NCBI GenBank assembly: GCA_964202905.1
Contig: CAXNJO010000002.1
Span: 352,001-416,000, forward strand
Direction: 5' to 3'
Length of the DNA: 64,000 bases
Origin: Polyangiales bacterium
GTDB taxonomy: Bacteria > Myxococcota_A > Polyangia > Polyangiales > JADJQN01
This document shows positions 50,103-61,733 of this stretch, in pieces (the first letter of the stretch is position 1; every line of letters starts with the position of its first letter). A program made the position numbers and the translations under genes. Below the pieces are notes generated by a model. That model had not been told where the DNA came from. It searched no databases and saw only the letters and a program-made list of their open reading frames with translations.

Positions 50103-52121
50103 ATGTCCCGCTCGGCGGCCCGCGTTTGGGCCCTGCTCGTATGTGTGCTCGTGTCGATGTCCGCCGTGCCCGGGGTGCAGGCCCAGCTGCGCAGCGGAAC
50201 CGGCATGGACGTCCATTTGTTCCGGCCCGCCCTCGACTCGAAGGGTCTCTTCGCGGTCAACGGCACCGACATCCTCGGCGCCAACGACATCAGCTTCGGC
50301 CTGGTGCTCGACGCCGGGTTCGGACTGGTGCCCTTCGAGGGCTTCAAGAACGCGGCCTCCTGCGGCTACGACCCGTCGAGCGACACGTTCAGCGGCTCGA
50401 ACTGCGCCGACACGCGGCAGTCGCGCCTCATCGACACGTCCTTCACGGGCACGCTGCACTTCAACTACGGCATCGCCAACCTGCTCATCGTCGGCGTGCA
50501 GGTGCCGATCGTCGTGCTGAGCGGCCCGGACGTCACGGTGCCGGGTGAGTACAACACCTCGTCGTCCGCTGGCTTCACGAACGGCCTCGACGTCCAGGGC
50601 CTCGGAAACATCACGATCCACTCGAAGTTCCGCATCCTGCGCGCGGAGCGCGACGCGATCGGCCTCGCCGCGCTGCTCAACATCGAGCTCCCGACGGGCG
50701 ACTCGGGGAACTTCGCGGCGGAGCCCGGCTTCACCATCTGGCCGCAGGCGGCCCTCGAGTGGCGCCCGGTCCGCCCGCTGCGGTTCGCCTTCAACCTCGG
50801 CGCGCGCTTGCACTTCGGCGGAAACGACAACGCGCGCATCCCGATCGGCGGCCGCACCCGGCCCGTCGGCATGAACGCCGTCAACCCGGACACGACGTAC
50901 CTCTCGCCCGGCTCCGACTTCCAATACGGCCAGCTCCTCACGTTCGGCGCGGGCGCGAGCCTCCGCGTCGCGCAGCCCCTCGACCTCGTCGCCGAGGTCT
51001 ACGGCAACCAGGTGATGAGCGGCTTCGGCACCGGCGGCGCGCTCAGCGTCGAGGCCACGGGCGGCCTCAAGATCTTCGTCGAGCGCAACAGTTACCTCCT
51101 GCTCGCGGGCGGCGCGGGCTTCACCGGTGGCTGGAGCAACGCGGACATCCGCGCGATGCTCGGCTTCATCTTCGAGCCGTCGATCGGCGACCGTGACGGC
51201 GACGGCATGCGCGACGACGTCGACCAGTGCCCCGACGAGCCGGAGGACTTCGACAACTTCTCCGACGAGGACGGCTGCCCCGAGCCGGACAACGACCGCG
51301 ACGGCATCCTCGACGAGGACGACGAGTGCCCGCTCGTCCCGGAGGACCGCGACGGCGACGGCGACGAGGACGGCTGCCCCGAGGGCAACGAGGGCGACCG
51401 CGACGGCGACGGCATCCTCGACAACGTCGACGAGTGCCCGGACGACCCGGAGGACCGCGACAACTTCGAGGACGCCAACGGCTGCCCGGATCCGGACAAC
51501 GATCAGGACCAGATCCTCGACCCCGACGACCTCTGCCCGAACGACCCGGAAGATCGCGACGACTTCCAGGACCAGGATGGCTGCCCCGATCCGGACAACG
51601 ACCAGGACCGCATCCTCGATCCGCAGGACAGCTGCCCGAACGACCCGGAGACGTACAACGGTCACCAGGACGAAGACGGCTGCCCGGATCGCGGCACGGT
51701 CATCATCGAGGAAAACCAGATCGTCATCCTCGACAAGATCTACTTCGAGACGGACAGCGCCGAGATTCAGCAGCGCTCCTTCCCGATCATCGAGGCGGTC
51801 GCGGCCACGCTCGGCGGCAACCCGCAGATCCAGCTCATCGAGATCCAGGGCCACGCGGACGAGCGCTCGGCGGACGAGTACAACATCCGCCTGACGCGCG
51901 ACCGCGCGGCCTCGGTGCTCGAGGCCATCGCGCAGCGCGGTGTCGCGCGGGAGCGTCTGCGCTCCGCCGGCTACGGCGAGCGCTGCCCCGTCGATCCGCG
52001 CCACAACGACACGGCCTGGGAGGCGAACCGCCGCGTCGAGTTCAAGATCCTGCGCACCGACCAGGGCCCGACGGGCGTCGAGGTCGCGTGTCCCGCCGGT
52101 CGTGAGCTGATCCCGCAGTGA
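50103..52121 (+). CDS. OmpA-family outer-membrane protein: beta-barrel, thrombospondin type 3 repeats, OmpA domain (TraB-like architecture)
   Basis: AGGAGG SD; signal peptide; repeated DxDxDGIxDxxDxCP...ED.D...D.DGCP; IYFETDS, IQGHAD, GYGE, NRRVEF. Confidence 0.9.
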   Translation: MSRSAARVWALLVCVLVSMSAVPGVQAQLRSGTGMDVHLFRPALDSKGLFAVNGTDILGANDISFGLVLDAGFGLVPFEGFKNAASCGYDPSSDTFSGSNCADTRQSRLIDTSFTGTLHFNYGIANLLIVGVQVPIVVLSGPDVTVPGEYNTSSSAGFTNGLDVQGLGNITIHSKFRILRAERDAIGLAALLNIELPTGDSGNFAAEPGFTIWPQAALEWRPVRPLRFAFNLGARLHFGGNDNARIPIGGRTRPVGMNAVNPDTTYLSPGSDFQYGQLLTFGAGASLRVAQPLDLVAEVYGNQVMSGFGTGGALSVEATGGLKIFVERNSYLLLAGGAGFTGGWSNADIRAMLGFIFEPSIGDRDGDGMRDDVDQCPDEPEDFDNFSDEDGCPEPDNDRDGILDEDDECPLVPEDRDGDGDEDGCPEGNEGDRDGDGILDNVDECPDDPEDRDNFEDANGCPDPDNDQDQILDPDDLCPNDPEDRDDFQDQDGCPDPDNDQDRILDPQDSCPNDPETYNGHQDEDGCPDRGTVIIEENQIVILDKIYFETDSAEIQQRSFPIIEAVAATLGGNPQIQLIEIQGHADERSADEYNIRLTRDRAASVLEAIAQRGVARERLRSAGYGERCPVDPRHNDTAWEANRRVEFKILRTDQGPTGVEVACPAGRELIPQ

Positions 52122-52245
52122 GCCTCGGGCACGCGGGCCGCCCCGAGCGCCCGCACCCTCCCCCCCGGAACGCCGGCCCGTCTGACGATGGGTCGGCGTT
52201 TCGCACGTTGGCGAACCGCGTCGGCTGACGCACAATCGCCGGACC

Positions 52246-52818
52246 ATGTCGGCGCGCGACGGGTTCATGAACGCGATGATCGAGGGCGTGCTCGCCCTGC
52301 CCTACGACCTCAAGGCGCTCCTCCGCCTCGTCGAGGACCCGGACCTCGACGACGAGAGCCGGATCGACGCCGCGGGCGGCCTGATCCACGTGCTCTCGGG
52401 CTCGAACGCGATCCCCGGTGTGCGTGGCTTGCTCGCGTACGTGGACGACGTGCTCGTGCTGCGCCTGCTCGTCGAGCGCATCGCGCGGCGCTCGCCGGAC
52501 GCGCTCGCGCGGCACTCGGACGAGTCCTCGCGACTGCTCGAGTCGTGGGACGCGCACCTCGGCGCGTCGCGCGCCTACCTGGGCGAGCTGATGACCGTGC
52601 TCGAACGCGCGGCCGACGGCTGCCGCACGCTCGTCTACGAGGGGCACGACGCGGCCGCCTGCGCGCACGACACCGCGGGCGCGAACTGGCTCTACGACGA
52701 GATCCAGGAGCGCGTGCTGAAGCTGGACTTCGCGGAGGACGACGTGGCGCGCGCGCTGCGCGGGCTCGACCAGGTGCTGCCGCAGCTGCGCACGCGGATC
52801 GCGGCGAGGCCGGCGTGA
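52246..52818 (+). CDS. DUF1232/YkvA-like protein
   Basis: AAGGLIHVLSGSNAIPG..GLLAYVDDVLVL resembles the YkvA signature. Confidence 0.65.
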   Translation: MSARDGFMNAMIEGVLALPYDLKALLRLVEDPDLDDESRIDAAGGLIHVLSGSNAIPGVRGLLAYVDDVLVLRLLVERIARRSPDALARHSDESSRLLESWDAHLGASRAYLGELMTVLERAADGCRTLVYEGHDAAACAHDTAGANWLYDEIQERVLKLDFAEDDVARALRGLDQVLPQLRTRIAARPA

Positions 52819-53315
52819 CGCGCACGCCGCGGAGCCGGTCGGCGCCGACGACGCGGGGGCTCCTCGCGCTCGTCGCTGCGCTCGTCGGGGCAGGAGGCGC
52901 GGGCGGCTGCACGGTCGACACCGAGCTCGGCCTCGCAGCAGAAGTCACGGACGCGGCGCTGATCGTCGATCCCGGCACGGACCGCTACACGGCGCGCGTG
53001 AGCGTCGCGTTCCGCGTCGGCGAGAACGCGCGCGGGGTGCGGGAGTTCGTGCCGCTGCGCGTCGACGCCGAGGCGGGCGGGACCATCGCGACCGCCTCGA
53101 GTTTCGCGCGGCCCCCCGGTTTCTCCGGCACGCTCTCGCCCGGTGACGCGCGAACGGTGACGTTCACCGGCGAGTGCCTCGGGGGCTGCAACGCGGCCGC
53201 GCTCTGCGCCGCGGGTGGCACGGTGCCGATCGATTTCTTCTGGGAGGACCGCGGCGTGACGCCACCGGAGCTCGGCCAGACGACCGGCACCGCGACCGTC
53301 GCCTGCACGCCCTGA
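52815..53315 (+). CDS. Hypothetical lipoprotein
   Basis: GTGA overlap; hydrophobic signal ending GAGG|C; small beta-rich domain. Confidence 0.65.
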   Translation: MTRTPRSRSAPTTRGLLALVAALVGAGGAGGCTVDTELGLAAEVTDAALIVDPGTDRYTARVSVAFRVGENARGVREFVPLRVDAEAGGTIATASSFARPPGFSGTLSPGDARTVTFTGECLGGCNAAALCAAGGTVPIDFFWEDRGVTPPELGQTTGTATVACTP

Positions 53316-53384
53316 GGCACGCATCCGCGCGGCGGGCGAGCACGAGGCCGCGCACGGCGCTCGGGGCCGCACGTGCAGCCGGGT

Positions 53385-55358
53385 TCAGCCCACGAAGGCT
53401 GCCGTCTCCGACGCAGACCACGGCGCATCCGCGGCGGCGGCCGGGTCCGCGCCCGACTCCGCGAAGAGCAGCGCGGAGAGCGCCGCGTCGTCGAGCGCGG
53501 CGTCCGCGTCGAGCAGCGCATCGGTGCGCGCGTGCGCCGCGGCGAGCGCGGAGAGCACCTCGTCGAGCACGGCGGACGGCAGGAGGCGCGCGACGCACGA
53601 CGCATCCCGGTGCGCGCGCGCGTCGAGGGCGTCCACGACGGGCGCGAGCGCGCGGTCGGCGTCGCTGCCGCGTCGCACCACGACCCGCAGCGACGGGACC
53701 GCCGCAGCGGCGGGCCCCTGCGCGCCGTCGGGCAAGACGAGGTCCAGCGCGACGAGCCCATCCGGCGTGTGCACCGGCTCGACGCACAGTCGGGGACGCG
53801 CGAGGCGGGGCCCCGCCGAGGCGACGCGCAGCGACAGCGCGAACGGCGCGTCCTCGCTCGCGCGCAACTCGCCAGCGAGCTCGCGCAACGACAGGAATTC
53901 GATGGGCGCGGAGGCCGGCCGCGCCCGACGCGTGAGCACGGCGAGCGGGACCGCGGCGAGGACGCCCGCGAGCGCCACGAGGGGCGCGACGTGCGGCGGC
54001 GCGAGCGCGTGGAGCCGCACGACGAGGGCAGCCCCGATCAGCAGCGCGAGCCAGCCGAGCGGTGTCGTCGCGTCGAGGAGCGCGTCCGTCGTCAGCCAAC
54101 GCGAGCGCCACGCGGCGCGCGTCGCGGCGCGCAGATCTGCGGACGTCGCGGCGCGATCGGCGTCCGGGGCCCCGCTCTCGCGCGGCGCAGCGTCCTCGCG
54201 CGGCGCGGCGGTGCCGAGGAGAAGCGCGACGATCAGCGTGAGCGGGACGACCGCGAGCGCGGGATGCGCGCCCGCCGCGAGGGCCGTCGCCGCGACGAGG
54301 GCGAGGAGCGCGAGGGCGCGCGTCCGCCCCGCGAGGGCGACGAGCGGCCGCACCGCGAGCGCGTCACGGGCGAGCGCCGCGCGCCGCGCGCGCAGGGTGA
54401 GCGCGCCCGCGAGGAGCACGGCGAGCGACGCTGCGAGGGCGGTGGGCCAGGCGGGGGTGGGCGCCCGCTGCGGTCCCTCAGCCGGGGCGCGGACCGATTG
54501 GCGCAGGGCGGGCGCGAGCCCCGACGCCGGCACGTCGGCGGCCACCGTCCACGGCGTCGTGCGCGGCAGGTGCGGACGCCGCCAGCGGAGCCGGGTGCGG
54601 CCCTCGGCATGCGCTTCGTCGTACTGCGCGGCGCGGGCCTCGGCGGCGTCGCCGGCGTGGACGCGCGTCGCCCGGCCGGGCACGTCGAGGGTGATCTCCA
54701 CGCCGTCGAGGCCCGTCTCCCAGGGCGGGAGGGTCCAGCGGACGCGGACACGGTCCCCGTCGCTGCTCGCCTCCGTGGCGCGGTGCGCGAGCGAGACGTC
54801 GTAGGCGAGCGCGACGTCGTAGGCGCCGCGTCGGGGCGAGCCGCGCCGCGGGAACGCCAGCTGGACGCGGGTCGTCCCATCGGCGTCCGGGCGCAGCGTG
54901 ACGGATGGCGCGTAGACCGCGCCGTCCTCGCCCGTCACGAGGGCCGGCGCAGCGGTGTCGAGCGTGAGCGCCGGATCGAGCCCCGCGAGCTCGAGCCCCT
55001 CGAGCCAGCCGGCGTGCACGCGCACGCTGACGTGGAGCGCGACGTGCGCGCGACCATCCGGCTGCACGCGGACATCGGCCTTCACGGAGCGCACGCTCGC
55101 GTCCGTCCACGCGGCGGCGCGCGAGGGCGCGAACGAGCCGGCCAGCAGCAGCAGGGCCAGCAGCGACAAGGCGAGCCGAGCGCTCGGCGCAGCGTCGCCG
55201 AGCTGAGGCGTCGCCACCGCGGGGCGCAGCGAGGCAGGCTCCGGCGCGCGGAGGACCGACGCCGCGCGGCGCGACGTCGTCGACACGCGCACCCACGCGC
55301 ACGGCGCGGTCCCCCCGCCCGGACGGTCCACGCGCGCGTTACCCGGCGGCCTCGGCAT
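53385..55358 (-). CDS. Membrane protein with DUF2207-like extracytoplasmic domain (start uncertain)
   Basis: Signal peptide (AAA|W), ADVRVQPDGRAHV...VRWTLPPW...VEITL.VP, several TM segments, cytoplasmic tail. Confidence 0.6.
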   Translation of the reverse strand: MPRPPGNARVDRPGGGTAPCAWVRVSTTSRRAASVLRAPEPASLRPAVATPQLGDAAPSARLALSLLALLLLAGSFAPSRAAAWTDASVRSVKADVRVQPDGRAHVALHVSVRVHAGWLEGLELAGLDPALTLDTAAPALVTGEDGAVYAPSVTLRPDADGTTRVQLAFPRRGSPRRGAYDVALAYDVSLAHRATEASSDGDRVRVRWTLPPWETGLDGVEITLDVPGRATRVHAGDAAEARAAQYDEAHAEGRTRLRWRRPHLPRTTPWTVAADVPASGLAPALRQSVRAPAEGPQRAPTPAWPTALAASLAVLLAGALTLRARRAALARDALAVRPLVALAGRTRALALLALVAATALAAGAHPALAVVPLTLIVALLLGTAAPREDAAPRESGAPDADRAATSADLRAATRAAWRSRWLTTDALLDATTPLGWLALLIGAALVVRLHALAPPHVAPLVALAGVLAAVPLAVLTRRARPASAPIEFLSLRELAGELRASEDAPFALSLRVASAGPRLARPRLCVEPVHTPDGLVALDLVLPDGAQGPAAAAVPSLRVVVRRGSDADRALAPVVDALDARAHRDASCVARLLPSAVLDEVLSALAAAHARTDALLDADAALDDAALSALLFAESGADPAAAADAPWSASETAAFVG

Positions 55359-55424
55359 CGGGCGCGAAGCTACCGATCGGCGCGTGATCGCCGAAGTTTT
55401 CGGCAGGGCATCGCCCCGCTGTGC

Positions 55425-56045
55425 TCAGACGCCGAGCGCGCGCGCGAGGGCGTCGAGGCGGGTCTCGAGGCGGGCGTCCACCGTGCCGAGCTCCGTCTCG
55501 ACGAGACACCCTCCGCGCGCGATCGCAGGGTCGGCGCGCACCGCGAACGCCCCCGGACGCCCGGCCCGCGCCGCGACCTCCGCCCGCAGCGCCTCGACCA
55601 CCGGCGCATCGTTCGGGTGCACGCGGACCACGACCTCGCGGGCACGGCGCGCGCGCGACACGCCTTCGGCGACGATCGCTGCGATCCGCGCGGGTTCGTC
55701 GGTGAGCCGCTCGACGAAGAGCCGCTCGGCGGCGGCGAGCGCCACCCGCGCGAGCGCCTGCTCGGCCTCGGCGAGCGCGCCGTCCCGGAGCGCCCGGGCC
55801 TCGATGCACGCCGCAGCAGCCTCTGCGTGGCCCGCTGCGCGACCGGCCTCGCGCGCCGTGGCGACCTCGTCCGCGGCAGCGCCATGGGCTGTCGCCCGGA
55901 TCGCCTCGGCCTCCGCATGCGCGTCGGCCAGGATCCGCGCGGCCTCGGCGCGGGCTGCGACGATCTCCGCGGGGATGCGCCGCGGCGCGACGAACAGAGG
56001 TGCCTCGGTGCTCGGACGCGGCCCACCACGCAGAATCCGGCTCAC
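55425..56045 (-). CDS. FliH/SctL family type III export ATPase stator protein
   Basis: GTGA overlap; AREAGRAAG (AxxxGxxxG) helix, VRVHPND, DPAIARGGCLVETELGTVDARLETRL. Confidence 0.82.
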   Translation of the reverse strand: MSRILRGGPRPSTEAPLFVAPRRIPAEIVAARAEAARILADAHAEAEAIRATAHGAAADEVATAREAGRAAGHAEAAAACIEARALRDGALAEAEQALARVALAAAERLFVERLTDEPARIAAIVAEGVSRARRAREVVVRVHPNDAPVVEALRAEVAARAGRPGAFAVRADPAIARGGCLVETELGTVDARLETRLDALARALGV

Positions 56046-56888
56046 ACGCGCCTCCCCGCGCGCGCGGGTAGCGCCGGCACGCCCTCGACCGCCGCGAGCT
56101 CCCGCGCGAGCCGCCGCCAGCGCCGCGTTCGTCCGTCGCCCTGCGCGTCGCGTTCCCGCGTGTCGCCGCTCTCGAGCGCACCCGCCATCGCGCCGAGCGC
56201 GCGCACCCGCTCCGGCGGCGCAGCGTCCCGCATCGCCGCCGCGAGGAGCGCCGCGACGAGGCCGCGCTCGTGTCGTCCGGAGGCGTCGTCCGCGCGGTCC
56301 GTTCCCGCGCTGGGCGCCAGCGGCAAGCGCTGCGCCGACGGCAGCAGCTGCACGAGCGCGAGCACCGCGCCCGCCTCCTCGGGCTCGAGCGTCGCGACGA
56401 GCGACCGCGCCGCGCGCTCCGTGTCGCCAGCCAGCGCGTCCGCGAGCAGGGCCCGACCCCGCCCGAGTTCCCGCGCCGCGACCGCCGGGTCCCCGTCGCA
56501 CGCGGCGTGCGCCGACGCGCGCAGCACCGCGCGCAACCCCTCCCCGGCGACGAAGCCGCGACGCGGCGCGGGCGCCTCGCGCAGCCCCTTCACCGAGCCC
56601 TTCGCGCGGCACCTCGGCGGCGAGCAGCGCGCGCGCCCGCCCGGGTAGGCGCGCCGCCCCGCCCACCGCGACGCGACGAAGGCCCGCCGCGACGTCGCGC
56701 AGCGCGTCGATCCGCGCCCCGCGCGGGTGCGCCTCGAGGACCGCCGCCACGTCGGCGACATGCGACGCGAGCCCCGCGGCGAGCACCGGACGCGCACGCG
56801 CCGCGCCGCGGTCCCCGGCGAGTTCCGCAGCGAGCAGCAGCCCGTGCGCCAGCTCTTCCGCGAGCACCCGGCTTTCCCGGTTCGACAT
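56042..56888 (-). CDS. Ala-rich helical hypothetical protein (SctK-like position), one frameshift near 56600
   Basis: ATG at 56888 gives MSNRESRVLAEELAHG. Coding-like sequence switches frame and ends at a TGA overlapping the stator start; the 847-nt span implies one net extra base. Confidence 0.5.
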
Positions 56889-56966
56889 GGGCGACCGATA
56901 CCACGCGCGCGCGGCGTCTGGCGAGCGACGCGGTGCGGCCCTCCGGAGGGCTGCTAGGGTCTCCCG

Positions 56967-57953
56967 GTGCCACCGACCCTCGCGGCCCCGGCGTCCGCTT
57001 TGCACCGCGTCGGGCGGGGCCCTCGGCCCGCACGCGCGGCGGCGTGGCTCGCAGGGCTGCTCGTCGCGGGCGCCCTCGCGGCGCCGGCTGCGACCGCCCG
57101 CGCGCAGGACATGGGCCCGGTCGACTGCGACCCGCCCGTCCTGCTCGGGCCACTCGAGTTCTTCCCGGCCTCGGGCGCGGGTGGCGTCGCGCTCGATGCC
57201 CCCGTGCGGATCCGTTACACGCCGGGCTTCTTCGCGGTGTGGCGTGACCCGCTCACGCGCCTCCTCGAGGTGCGGGACGCCGCGGACGCGCCCGTCCCCG
57301 GCGCGATCACGGTGCTCGGCGACACGCTCGTCTTCCGCCCCGACGCGCCGTGGCAGCCCGGCGCCGCGTACCGCGGCACCGCCTTCGGCATCGACATCCT
57401 GCAGGCGCGCTTCGCGTTCCGCACTGGGTTCGTCGTCGATCGCGAGCCGCCGCGCTTCGAGGGCAGGCCCACGCTGAGCTCGGCGCGCGTCGATGCGCGT
57501 CCGTGCGCGGACGCCGGCGGCTTCCGCATCGACGTCTCCGTCGCGCCGGCGACGGACCCCGACGGAGCGCAGGGCGACCTCGAATACCTGCTCTTCCAGA
57601 CCCGCGGGCCCGACGTCGCGCAGCCGATCCTGCGCGCGCGGGCGCGGAACTTCGCCGGCCCGTCCATCCCGCTCGCGTTCACGCTCACGCCGCGCGAGGC
57701 CGCCGCGCCCATCTGCGTGGCGGTCCTCGCCGTCGATGGCGCGGGGCACGCCGTCGAAGGCCCGGGCGCGTGCATCGACCCCGTGCAGGGCAACTACTTC
57801 GCGCCGCTCTGCAGCGCGGGGCTCCCCGGGGCACGTCCGAGCCGCACGCACGGCGGCGCAGCGGGCGCGCTCGCCGCGATCGGTGCCGCGCTCTGCGTGC
57901 GTGCGGCGCGGCGCAGGGCCCGCGTGTGCAGAACTGCCGCGGAGGTTGCGTGA
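56967..57953 (+). CDS. Secreted Ig-like (Big_5) domain protein with MYXO-CTERM-like tail
   Basis: ARA|Q signal; PASGAGGVALDAPVRIRY...TLVFRPDAPWQPGAAY; C-terminal C...TM-RAARRRAR. Confidence 0.7.
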   Translation: MPPTLAAPASALHRVGRGPRPARAAAWLAGLLVAGALAAPAATARAQDMGPVDCDPPVLLGPLEFFPASGAGGVALDAPVRIRYTPGFFAVWRDPLTRLLEVRDAADAPVPGAITVLGDTLVFRPDAPWQPGAAYRGTAFGIDILQARFAFRTGFVVDREPPRFEGRPTLSSARVDARPCADAGGFRIDVSVAPATDPDGAQGDLEYLLFQTRGPDVAQPILRARARNFAGPSIPLAFTLTPREAAAPICVAVLAVDGAGHAVEGPGACIDPVQGNYFAPLCSAGLPGARPSRTHGGAAGALAAIGAALCVRAARRRARVCRTAAEVA

Positions 57954-57981
57954 GCGACGCTTTCCCGTACACCGCGGCCCC

Positions 57982-59604
<1,623 letters not shown>

Positions 59605-59684
59605 GCCCGCAGGCCGCAGCCGCGACGACGGGATGCCCCGTCGCGGCGCGGTGCGACTGGCTGGGCCGAGTGGGCGGTTCGACT

Positions 59685-59770
59685 GCACGGCCAGTGCAAC
59701 AGCATCGGGATCGCAAGTGCATCACCGATGTCAAGAGCATCACCGATGCAACTGTATCGTGCATGCACCT
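59685..59770. repeat. Five ~17-bp-period quasi-palindromic units in a convergent gap
   Basis: Units start at 59685, 59702, 59719, 59737 and 59754; GCATCACCGATG is repeated exactly twice. Confidence 0.65.
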
Positions 59771-59851
59771 CCGTGGCCGCTGCGACCGAGTTGTGGTGCC
59801 GCGGTGCCGCAGAGCCCGCGGTGCCGCGGAGCCAGCGCGGACGTGGGTCGC

Positions 59852-60892
59852 TCAGCGGCGGCGCACCGAGGCGGCGTGGACGGCGACCTGCCCGAGGCCC
59901 GAGACGCCGCAGAGGGCGAGGACGGTGGCCTCGAGCACGACCTCCGGCGGCACGCGGCTCCCCTTCAGCGCGGCGTCCGTGTCCGCGAGGATGCGGAAGG
60001 CTGCCGCGAGCGCGGGCCCCCCGAGGCGCCGGGCCGCGGCCTCGAGCTCCCGCGCCTTGAACGGCGGCGCGCCGGCGGCCTTCGTCGCGTCGGGCCCGCG
60101 CAGCCCCTGATCGAGCGCGTCGCGCATGCGACTCACGATGCGGAGCTGGCGCGCGACCATCGCGAGGATGCGGAGCGGCGGCTCGCGGTCGGCGAGCAGC
60201 GAGCGCGCGGCGCGGATGGCGGTCCGCCCGTCCTGGGCGCTCACCGCGTCGACGAGGGCGAAGATGGTGTCGACGCGGACCCGCGTGATGCAGGCCTCGA
60301 CCGCGTCGATCCCGATCGGGCGGCCCGCGCCGACGAAGAGCGAGAGGCGCTCGATCGCGTCGTCGAGCGCGCCGAGGTCGGAGCCGATCGCGTCGGCGAG
60401 CGCGTCGGCCGCGTCGGGGGCGAGCGCGTGGCCGCGGTCCTTGGTCTCGCGCAGCGCGAAGGTGCGGAGCGCGGGGCCCTTGACCTCCTTCGCCTCCGTG
60501 AGCGCGCCGCTCTTCTGGACGGCCTTCGCGAAGCGCGTGCGGCCGTCGAGCTTCTCCGCGGTCGCGACGAGGCAGGTCGTCGGCGACGGCTCCCCGACGT
60601 AGGCCGCGAGCTGGTCGAGCTCCGCGGCCGCGAACTCGTCGACGTCGCGCACGAGCACGAAGCGCGCCGGCCCCATCATCGGCACCGTCCGCGCGGCCCG
60701 CACGACCGTCTGCGCGAGCGTCCCCTTGCCCTGGTAGAGGTCGTCGTTGAAGCCACGCGGCCCGTCTCCGACCGTGGCGATCTTCAGCAGCCGCACCGCG
60801 CGCTCGACCAGGAAGCGCTCGCCACCGGTGACGACGTGAACGGGGCGGAATCGACCCGCGCGCGCCTCGCGGATCAGCTCGTCGATCTCCAT
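59852..60892 (-). CDS. holA: DNA polymerase III delta subunit
   Basis: PVHVVTGGERFL, ARTVPMMGPARFVLV, LDGR, IGSDL...IERLSLF, IFALVDA, EPPLRIL, DAALKGS. Confidence 0.88.
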   Translation of the reverse strand: MEIDELIREARAGRFRPVHVVTGGERFLVERAVRLLKIATVGDGPRGFNDDLYQGKGTLAQTVVRAARTVPMMGPARFVLVRDVDEFAAAELDQLAAYVGEPSPTTCLVATAEKLDGRTRFAKAVQKSGALTEAKEVKGPALRTFALRETKDRGHALAPDAADALADAIGSDLGALDDAIERLSLFVGAGRPIGIDAVEACITRVRVDTIFALVDAVSAQDGRTAIRAARSLLADREPPLRILAMVARQLRIVSRMRDALDQGLRGPDATKAAGAPPFKARELEAAARRLGGPALAAAFRILADTDAALKGSRVPPEVVLEATVLALCGVSGLGQVAVHAASVRRR

Positions 60893-60899
60893 CCGGGGC

Positions 60900-61478
60900 T
60901 CAGTCCCGCGGGCGGGCGCGCGTGTCGTCGTCCGAGAACGACACCGTGCCCGACCGCTGGACCTCTTCGCCGATCATGTCGAACGTCGCGCGGCCGACCT
61001 CTTCGCGACGCACGGTGACGACGAGCTCCATGCGGCGGTTGGGCTTGAACTTCGGGCGCTCGAGGCGGATGCGCTGCACGTAGGTCTTCTGGGTGCGGTC
61101 GTTGACGTAGGTGCTGAGGTCGTCGACGAAACGCCGCGCGCCGTCCGTCAGATCGTAGAAGAGGACGTGGAACTCGAGGTCCCCGGGGGGGCCGTTGAAC
61201 GCGATGACGAGGTCGCCGAGCCAGCGGCGCTGCGGGATCGGCTCGCTCGTCGTCTCCATGAGCCGGCGCGCGCTGCGGCCGCGCGCGAAGCCGAGAAGGG
61301 CCCGCTCGGAGAGGTTGCGCGGGATCTGCGCCTGCACGAGGAAGACCTGCGCGCGGCCGCGCCGCTGCGCGTCGACGCGGTGCGCGAGCGGACCCGCGGA
61401 CGCGAAGAGCACGCCGAGGAGGGCGAGCGCGCCCGCGAGCGCGAGGGCGACGGGAGCGGGAGGACGGCGGAGCATCAT
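60900..61478 (-). CDS. Hypothetical secreted protein
   Basis: GAGGTG SD, hydrophobic signal, coding-like codon usage; co-oriented with holA at a 7-nt gap. Confidence 0.7.
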   Translation of the reverse strand: MMLRRPPAPVALALAGALALLGVLFASAGPLAHRVDAQRRGRAQVFLVQAQIPRNLSERALLGFARGRSARRLMETTSEPIPQRRWLGDLVIAFNGPPGDLEFHVLFYDLTDGARRFVDDLSTYVNDRTQKTYVQRIRLERPKFKPNRRMELVVTVRREEVGRATFDMIGEEVQRSGTVSFSDDDTRARPRD

Positions 61479-61630
61479 GGACGGCACCTCGGGCGGCGGG
61501 CGGTCGTGGAGGAGAGCGGCGTGGAAGGTAGACGAAGCAGCCGGAGAGATCGACCCCGGCGGCGGCCTCCGCAGCGGGCGCCGCGTCGGACGGCGCAGCC
61601 CCCCGCGCGATTCGATCGCGCGGCGCGAGA

Positions 61631-61680
61631 CAGCGAGGCAGCGAGGCAGCGAGGCAGCGAGGCAGCGACGCAGCGAGGCA
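61631..61680 (+). repeat. 8-bp tandem repeat (CAGCGAGG)x6 in a divergent intergenic region
   Basis: Five perfect units and one with a single mismatch. Confidence 0.9.
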
Positions 61681-61733
61681 AGGGCCCGCCTTGATCGCGG
61701 CGGGACCGCGGGACCAACCTTGACGCGCACGCG

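Noticed and set aside
51190..51690. Nucleotide repeat array
   Set aside because: Explained by coding TSP3 repeats.
50103..52121. traAB kin-recognition locus
   Set aside because: The architecture is TraB-like, but the upstream gene encodes an FHA protein rather than a Cys-rich TraA with MYXO-CTERM.
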